From the NCBI GenBank assembly GCA_041641305.1, contig JBEPYN010000002.1, positions 638,666 to 702,665 of the forward strand: a DNA stretch of 64,000 bases, in the 5' to 3' direction. The DNA is from Nitrososphaerota archaeon. Its GTDB lineage: Archaea > Thermoproteota > Nitrososphaeria_A > Caldarchaeales > Caldarchaeaceae. The notes below the pieces were generated by a model. The model was not told where the DNA came from. It saw only the letters and a list, made by a program, of their open reading frames with translations, and ran no database searches. A program made the translations under genes and the position numbers. Of this stretch, positions 58,288-64,000 are shown one piece after another. Position 1 is the stretch's first letter. Each line of letters begins with the position of its first letter.

Positions 58288-59244
58288 ATGAACAGAAGCG
58301 AGCTCATCGTTGTGGCTCTCGGTGGAAATGCGCTTCTGAGACGCGGTGACAAGGGCACTTTTGAGGAGCAGTATAGAAACGTCGGCAACGCGGCAAAGTA
58401 TCTCGCAGACATCGTCGAAGCAGGCCATCGACTAGTCATCACCCACGGCAACGGCCCACAGGTCGGAGCCACTCTTCTCCGCCACGACGCCGGTCAAAAG
58501 CTGCACAACATACCCGCCTTCCCCATGGATGCCTGCGGAGCAGAGACACAGGGCTTCATAGGCTACATCATACAGCAAAACCTCCGCAACGAGCTCAAGC
58601 GACGCGGCATCGACAAATACGTCATAACCGTCGTGACACGTGTAATCGTCGACAAAAACGACCCAGCGTTCAACAACCCAACCAAACCCATCGGCCCATT
58701 CTACAAAAAAGAAGAGATGGAGAAAATCAAGGCAGAGCACCCTGAATACATCTTTGTCGAGGACAAGGCACGAGGAGGCTGGAGAAGAGTGGTGCCGTCA
58801 CCCGACCCAAAAATCATCGCCGAGAGACATGCGATAAGGAAGCTTGTTGACGAAGGGTTCATAGTTGTGGCAAGCGGCGGAGGCGGAATACCGATAGTTG
58901 AAGAAAACGGCAAAGCATATGGAGTGGAGGCTGTAATCGACAAAGACCTCGCCGGCGAGAGGCTCGCCGAATTAATCGGGGCGGACCGGTTCATCATTCT
59001 GACGGATGTCGACGGAGCCTACCTAAACTTTGGAAAACCCGACCAGAAGAAGCTGGAGAAAGTGTCAGCGGCTGAGGCGAGGCGCTACCTCGAGCAGGGA
59101 CATTTCGGCTCAGGCTCGATGCTTCCCAAGGTGTTGGCTTGCATTAGGTTCATCGAGGCAGGCGGCAAAGAGGCAGTGATTGCCGAGCTTTCTCAATTTA
59201 AAGAAGCTTTGAAAGGCTCGGCGGGAACCCACTTTATTCCCTAA
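58288..59244 (+). CDS. arcC: Carbamate kinase
   Basis: ALGGNAL, THGNGPQVG, PTKPIGP, RRVVPSP, GGGGIP, EAVIDKD, GSMLPK. Confidence 0.96.
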   Translation: MNRSELIVVALGGNALLRRGDKGTFEEQYRNVGNAAKYLADIVEAGHRLVITHGNGPQVGATLLRHDAGQKLHNIPAFPMDACGAETQGFIGYIIQQNLRNELKRRGIDKYVITVVTRVIVDKNDPAFNNPTKPIGPFYKKEEMEKIKAEHPEYIFVEDKARGGWRRVVPSPDPKIIAERHAIRKLVDEGFIVVASGGGGIPIVEENGKAYGVEAVIDKDLAGERLAELIGADRFIILTDVDGAYLNFGKPDQKKLEKVSAAEARRYLEQGHFGSGSMLPKVLACIRFIEAGGKEAVIAELSQFKEALKGSAGTHFIP

Positions 59245-60260
59245 ATTTTTCCAGCCACCAAAGAAAGTATAGCCGCTCTTACATAAAGTAGGTTCTCGGC
59301 CTGGTCATAGATAACGCTTCGCGGCCCATCCATGACATCGTCGTCAGCCTCCTGTCCACGGAACACGGGGAGCACATGCGTCACTATACCATGCCGCGAC
59401 ATGAGGTCTGTCAACTCACGTGTAAGCTTCCAATCCCTGTATTTATTGTGCAACTCGATTTCTCTTTCCCGGCCGAACCTGTTCATCCCCGTGATTACGC
59501 ATTCGTGGCTTGCCCAGCTTCGTGGAAAAACTGCATCCGCGTTCTCGAGAGCCTCTTTGTAGCTGTGGCTGATGGTCAGGGAGCCGCCGCTCTCTTCAGC
59601 ATTTTTCTTAGCGAGCTTCACAAGGTTCTCGTCTATGTCGAAGCCGGGGGGATAAGCGAGGACAACATCCATACCGTAACGTGTGGCTATCAGCATCTCA
59701 TCCTGTATGCTTCCCCAGCTCCGGACCTTGTCGCTATAAGCCCACATCAAAACATACTTCTTCTTCTCAACACGTCCCAGCTTCTCCCGCAAGGTGTAGA
59801 GATCTGTGATGGCCTGGCTCGGGTGAAACATGTCGTCAGCCATGTTGATGACAGGGATTTTCGCATGCTCGGCATATTCTCTGATGACAGCGTTCCCCCT
59901 CCCATAAACATAGTCCACAGCTGACTCCAGTATCCTTACGCCGAGGACGTGGCCCAGCCTCTCATACATCTTGGCTATGTCTTTTACAGATTCGCCTTCG
60001 GCGCCTCGGGTGGTTGCGAAGTCGATGAACTGTGCATGGCCTCCGAGCATGGTTGCAGCGGCCTCGAAGCTGGCCCGCGTTCGCGTGCTGGTGTTGTAGA
60101 AGAGCATGAACATGGTCCTGTTCTTGAAAAGCTCGGGAACGTTTCCAGCCGCCCTCGCTATCTTCAGGCTCCGCGCCAAATCCATCGCCGCATCAATTTC
60201 CTCAATACTCCAGTCCTGCGAAGAAATCAGGTCCCTACCATAAAGCTCCGTCAGAGTCAT
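59241..60260 (-). CDS. YgeW-like carbamoyltransferase 2 with HVLP in place of HCLP
   Basis: STRTR, GRGNAVIRE, HPSQAITD, MWAYS, FPRSW, THVLPVFRG, QAEN. Confidence 0.85.
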   Translation of the reverse strand: MTLTELYGRDLISSQDWSIEEIDAAMDLARSLKIARAAGNVPELFKNRTMFMLFYNTSTRTRASFEAAATMLGGHAQFIDFATTRGAEGESVKDIAKMYERLGHVLGVRILESAVDYVYGRGNAVIREYAEHAKIPVINMADDMFHPSQAITDLYTLREKLGRVEKKKYVLMWAYSDKVRSWGSIQDEMLIATRYGMDVVLAYPPGFDIDENLVKLAKKNAEESGGSLTISHSYKEALENADAVFPRSWASHECVITGMNRFGREREIELHNKYRDWKLTRELTDLMSRHGIVTHVLPVFRGQEADDDVMDGPRSVIYDQAENLLYVRAAILSLVAGKI

Positions 60261-60314
60261 AATCACATCGATTCAGACGGCAATTTATACATCGCGTTCC
60301 ACCAGACCTTATCT

Positions 60315-60719
60315 TTACGCCTCTTCAGGGGAGGATGTGCCGCGGCCTAAAATGTTGAACGCATCCTTCAGAACCACATCTCTCCCAATAGCCTCCATAG
60401 CCAAAGGCGTCTTCAGCCTTCTCTGCCTCTCAAACTCGCGAAGCGTCAAGGGTATTATCTCGAGACTTGGAAATTTTTTCAAAACCTCCACGACCTGCTC
60501 AAACCTGTTAAGAGGATTTGGATCAAACCTTGGGGACACCACAAGTAGGTCTACATCGCTCCACTGGTTAAAGTCTCCTCTCGCATATGAGCCAACCACT
60601 GCCGCGGAAACAGGGCCCACAATCTTTTCAACCAACCTAACAGCTTCCGCAGCTGCTGCAACAGCCATCCTCCTCATCATCTCTCTTTCCTCAACAACTC
60701 CCATCTCATCCTCACCCAA
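60315..60719 (-). CDS. Minimal nucleotidyltransferase (MNT)
   Basis: GSYARGD..WSDVDLLVV. Confidence 0.9.
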   Translation of the reverse strand: MGEDEMGVVEEREMMRRMAVAAAAEAVRLVEKIVGPVSAAVVGSYARGDFNQWSDVDLLVVSPRFDPNPLNRFEQVVEVLKKFPSLEIIPLTLREFERQRRLKTPLAMEAIGRDVVLKDAFNILGRGTSSPEEA

Positions 60720-61087
60720 CCCAAAACATTCTCAGCCCTCTTAATGGCCTCGGCCGCCTCATTTTCAGAAAAATATTCCTCGGGCATGCCCGATTCCCAG
60801 ACATCAGGATACCTTGTAGAAGTGTAGTATTTGTCGAGCCTCAAACAGTCTTCAAGAATTTTCTCGTCACCGCCGGCTATGCTTTCCAAAGCTTCATACA
60901 GTTTTTTGAGGCTGTGGCCGTAGCGTGGGTTGCCACAACCCCAGAGAAGTGCTTTCAATGCCTTTTCGGCTGCCTGATGCGATTTGAAGCATGCCCAGTT
61001 ATAGTCTCCAGCCTTTAGGTCTTTCACGGCTGAGTTTAGGGTTGTTGAAGCGCTTGCCATCCATCTACTGTATTCTTCTTCGTCCAC
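60677..61087 (-). CDS. HEPN domain protein (HEPN-MNT pair)
   Basis: WACFKSHQAAEKALKA, GHSL, LDKYY..TRYPD. Confidence 0.9.
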   Translation of the reverse strand: MDEEEYSRWMASASTTLNSAVKDLKAGDYNWACFKSHQAAEKALKALLWGCGNPRYGHSLKKLYEALESIAGGDEKILEDCLRLDKYYTSTRYPDVWESGMPEEYFSENEAAEAIKRAENVLGWVRMRWELLRKER

Positions 61088-61139
61088 GTTGGTGCACCCT
61101 GCTCATTATGGTTGAGGAGGTATTTACATCTGTGCTGTC

Positions 61140-63464
61140 TTACTGTCGGTTTTTGTGAAGTTCTTCAAGCACTCGTTGAGGTGTGAGCGGGAGCTCGCGT
61201 ATGTAGACGCCTGTGGCGTTTGCAACGGCTGCTGCTATCGAGGCAGCTGGGAGAACTACGGGTATCTCTCCCATGGCTTTGGCTCCGAAGACACCTATGC
61301 TGCCCTTAACCTCGACGATGATGCTGCGGATTTCTTCGGGGGCGTCTGAGGCAGTTGGGATGACGTATGTGTGCAGGTTTGGGTTGATGACGACGCCGTC
61401 GTCGTGGACAATCTTCTCCATCAACGCATATCCCTGGCCCATGATGCTTCCCCCCTCGTAGACAGCGATCAGCCCCAGCGGGTTTATCGCGCGGCCCACA
61501 TCGTATGCGGCGGTTAGCCTATCCACCCTGACCACACCTGTCTCGGTGTCCACTGTTACCTCGGCGACGAGTGCACCGTAGGTGTACTGGTTGTATGGTG
61601 CTCCCTGACCTGTCTCAGGGTCCCACTTGGTCGACGGAGCCAAGTAGTAGCCGACCGCCCGGAGCGAAAGATTCTCCTCGAAACACTGGTTGACCACCTC
61701 ATGCCAGGACACCGACCTTCCGTTAGCCGTCACCAAGCCATCCCTAAACTCTAGGTCAGATGGATTGGCTGAGAGCATTTTGGCGGCGACTTGTGCAACT
61801 GTTGCCCTTATTTTGAGCGCTGCGTCGAGGGCTGCCTGGCCGCCTATTACGGTTGTCCGGGATGCGACGGTGGGCCCTGCGTTGGGGACGGCCGCTGTGT
61901 CCGGTCTCTCAAGCCTAACCATGGAGAGTGGAAGCCCGAGTGTTTCGGCGGTGACTATGGCGAGTGATGTCAGGGCCCCTGTTCCGTATTCGGTTAAACC
62001 TGTTTGGACAACGACTTTTCCGTCTCTCTCGACGTAGGTGACTACTGTTGCGAAGTCGTCGCCCTCTGGTCCGAGGGTGTTGCCGTGGTAGAGCATCGCT
62101 ATCCCGATGCCTTTTTTCAAGACCTTGTTCAATCTGTTAAACTCCTGTATCTCTTTTACACGTTTCTCCCACTCGCTTGCCTCGACTGCTTTTTGGTAAC
62201 ATTTCAGGAGGCCGTCGTCTTCGATTTTCTGACTTGTTGATGTGAGAGAGCCGGGACGGAGCATGTTCATCTCACGTATCTCGAGGGGTGTGAGGCCAAG
62301 CTCCTCCGCAAGCTCGTTCATCACCGTCTCGGCTGCGAAATGTGCCTGCGGTGCCCCGAAGCCACGTGTCGAGCCTGCCATCGTGTTGTTGGTGAGGACG
62401 CAGTAGCCGTCGGCCCAGACATTCGGGACCTCATATGGTCCTGTGCAGTGGAACGTGGCTCGTCCGATGACGAGGTGTCCCTTGGAGATGTATGCTCCCG
62501 TGTCCTCTAATAGTGTTGACTTCCAGGCCAAAAGTTTCCCATCATTCCTGGCTCCAACCATGTTTGTTATCTCGAAGGGGTGGCGTTTGCACTGGACCGT
62601 CATGGCTTCGCTGCGGGTGAACGCGGCGAGAGCAGGCTTTCCCGTGTAATATGTTGCGAGACATGCATATGCCGCCACGTCTATCGGTGTTTCGTCGCTT
62701 TTTGGGCCAAAGCCTCCGCCGGTGGCCGCTTGGATAACGCGGAGCCTGTCACCGGGTACACCGAGTATCTTTACCGCTTTGTTGTATACATCGTAGAGGT
62801 TCTGCATCGAGGATATACACGTTATCTTTCCATCCGGCTCCATGAAAGAGTAGGCTATCTCTATCTCGAGGGGTAGGCCTGTGATGAACTGTGTGCGGTA
62901 TGTTCGCTCGATGATGACGTCGGATTCTCTGAACCCTTTCTCCACGTCACCTTTTCTTATCTTGAAGTGTGTGACCACGTTGTCCCTGTCCTGTATTCTT
63001 GGGGCGTCGGGCTTCATGGCTTCGCGTGGGTTGGTTACAACGGGGAGTGGGTCGTAGTCGACTTCTACATGTTCAGCCGCTTCCTCCGCATCCTCCAGAC
63101 TCTCCCCAACCACGAGAGCAACAGCCTCCCCGATATGTCTAACCTTTTCATAAGCCAGCAGGGGTCTATCGCTTATCAGGCTTCCCGCATCGTTCACGCC
63201 TGGTATGTCACGGTGTGTGAGCACCTTGACGACACCTTTTCTAGATGCGGCTGGAGATGTGTCTATTTTCCTTATGTAGCCGTGGGGAACCTTGGAGCGC
63301 ACGGCTTTGACGTAGAGAGTTTTTCCTGAGACGAGGTCGGCTGTGTAAAGTGGTTTGCCGAGGACCGCGTCGAGAGCGTCAACACGTGCAACCTTCTTCC
63401 CGACTATGAGGAACTCGCGGGCCTCGATAATCTCCCTGAAACGTCTAGCTATCTCCTCGCTCAT
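61140..63464 (-). CDS. Xanthine dehydrogenase family molybdopterin-binding subunit
   Basis: GGGFGPK, KRHP, RGFGAPQ, TVASR, GRAINP, KAMGE. Confidence 0.92.
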   Translation of the reverse strand: MSEEIARRFREIIEAREFLIVGKKVARVDALDAVLGKPLYTADLVSGKTLYVKAVRSKVPHGYIRKIDTSPAASRKGVVKVLTHRDIPGVNDAGSLISDRPLLAYEKVRHIGEAVALVVGESLEDAEEAAEHVEVDYDPLPVVTNPREAMKPDAPRIQDRDNVVTHFKIRKGDVEKGFRESDVIIERTYRTQFITGLPLEIEIAYSFMEPDGKITCISSMQNLYDVYNKAVKILGVPGDRLRVIQAATGGGFGPKSDETPIDVAAYACLATYYTGKPALAAFTRSEAMTVQCKRHPFEITNMVGARNDGKLLAWKSTLLEDTGAYISKGHLVIGRATFHCTGPYEVPNVWADGYCVLTNNTMAGSTRGFGAPQAHFAAETVMNELAEELGLTPLEIREMNMLRPGSLTSTSQKIEDDGLLKCYQKAVEASEWEKRVKEIQEFNRLNKVLKKGIGIAMLYHGNTLGPEGDDFATVVTYVERDGKVVVQTGLTEYGTGALTSLAIVTAETLGLPLSMVRLERPDTAAVPNAGPTVASRTTVIGGQAALDAALKIRATVAQVAAKMLSANPSDLEFRDGLVTANGRSVSWHEVVNQCFEENLSLRAVGYYLAPSTKWDPETGQGAPYNQYTYGALVAEVTVDTETGVVRVDRLTAAYDVGRAINPLGLIAVYEGGSIMGQGYALMEKIVHDDGVVINPNLHTYVIPTASDAPEEIRSIIVEVKGSIGVFGAKAMGEIPVVLPAASIAAAVANATGVYIRELPLTPQRVLEELHKNRQ

Positions 63465-63916
63465 CTTCTTCTCACCTGTTTAAAGGCCTCTTCAAACCGT
63501 AAATAGCTGCCGCATCTACACAGCACGCTTCTGAGAGTATGTCTAATCTCCTCGCTGTCGGCGTCCGGGTTTGTGTCGTAGAGGTGTTTGAGGACGAGAA
63601 GGGCTGCTGGTATGCAGAAGCCGCACTGGACCGCGCCAAGGTCTATGAATGCTTGTTGAAGTGGGTGAAGCCGTGAGCCGTCCCCCATGCTCTCCACTGT
63701 CTTAATCTTGTGTCCCGAAGCTTGGTAAGCAAGCACCAGACATGAGTTGACAGGCTTGCCGTCGAGCAAAACTATGCATAGGCCACAGTCCCCAACTCCA
63801 CACCCCTCCTTAACGCTGACAAACCCCAGCTTCCCGCGGAGAACATCACTCAACCTCTCATGTGGCTCGACATCGACAACATATTTCACATCATTAACCT
63901 CGAGCTCAGCCCTCAT
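63461..63916 (-). CDS. Xanthine dehydrogenase family 2x[2Fe-2S] subunit
   Basis: GCGVGDCGLC..NSCL, QCGFC, CRCG. Confidence 0.95.
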   Translation of the reverse strand: MRAELEVNDVKYVVDVEPHERLSDVLRGKLGFVSVKEGCGVGDCGLCIVLLDGKPVNSCLVLAYQASGHKIKTVESMGDGSRLHPLQQAFIDLGAVQCGFCIPAALLVLKHLYDTNPDADSEEIRHTLRSVLCRCGSYLRFEEAFKQVRRR

Positions 63917-63922
63917 CCATCC

Positions 63923-64000
63923 TCACCTCATCAAGTTTTGAAGAAGACGCTTAAGCAAAACACCCGCAGCCCTCCGGCGATACCATGAAGAAGCCAAAAC
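63923..64000 (-). CDS. 3' end of xanthine dehydrogenase family FAD-binding subunit (truncated by window edge)
   Basis: ...VLASSWYRRRAAGVLLKRLLQNLMR*, matching the (R)AS.xYR tail of CoxM/XdhB; directly upstream of the Fe-S gene. Confidence 0.75.
   Translation of the reverse strand, partial: VLASSWYRRRAAGVLLKRLLQNLMR

Noticed and set aside
54415-60260. Labelling as argF/arcB of an arginine deiminase pathway
   Set aside because: The ornithine-binding SMG loop and HCLP are absent, and no arcA/arcD lies in the window.

Overview
Core-genome window of a thermophilic TACK-type archaeon. Gene content, the stand-alone 16S and BHB introns fit Aigarchaeota/Caldarchaeum-like organisms (inference, no search run). 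Replication genes: PCNA, RFC small and large, Cdc6/Orc1, TatD. Other housekeeping: grpE-dnaK-dnaJ, ppdK, atpA/atpB. There is an N-glycosylation-type locus (AglH/GPT, UDP-sugar oxidoreductases, possible ribophorin-I-like protein). RNA genes: four tRNAs (two intron-containing, one at non-canonical position 51/52), an unlinked 5S and an unlinked 16S. The 16S is split by three BHB introns: E. coli ~919 (decayed LAGLIDADG), ~978 (divergent LAGLIDADG fused to a winged helix) and ~1205 (intact double LAGLIDADG). The last 10 kb is a convergent cluster of two YgeW-like carbamoyltransferases, carbamate kinase, two fold-II PLP enzymes, a V4R protein and a xanthine-dehydrogenase-family molybdoenzyme, a candidate archaeal purine/ureide-catabolic, ATP-yielding pathway. 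No CRISPR array, IS element or prophage was seen.
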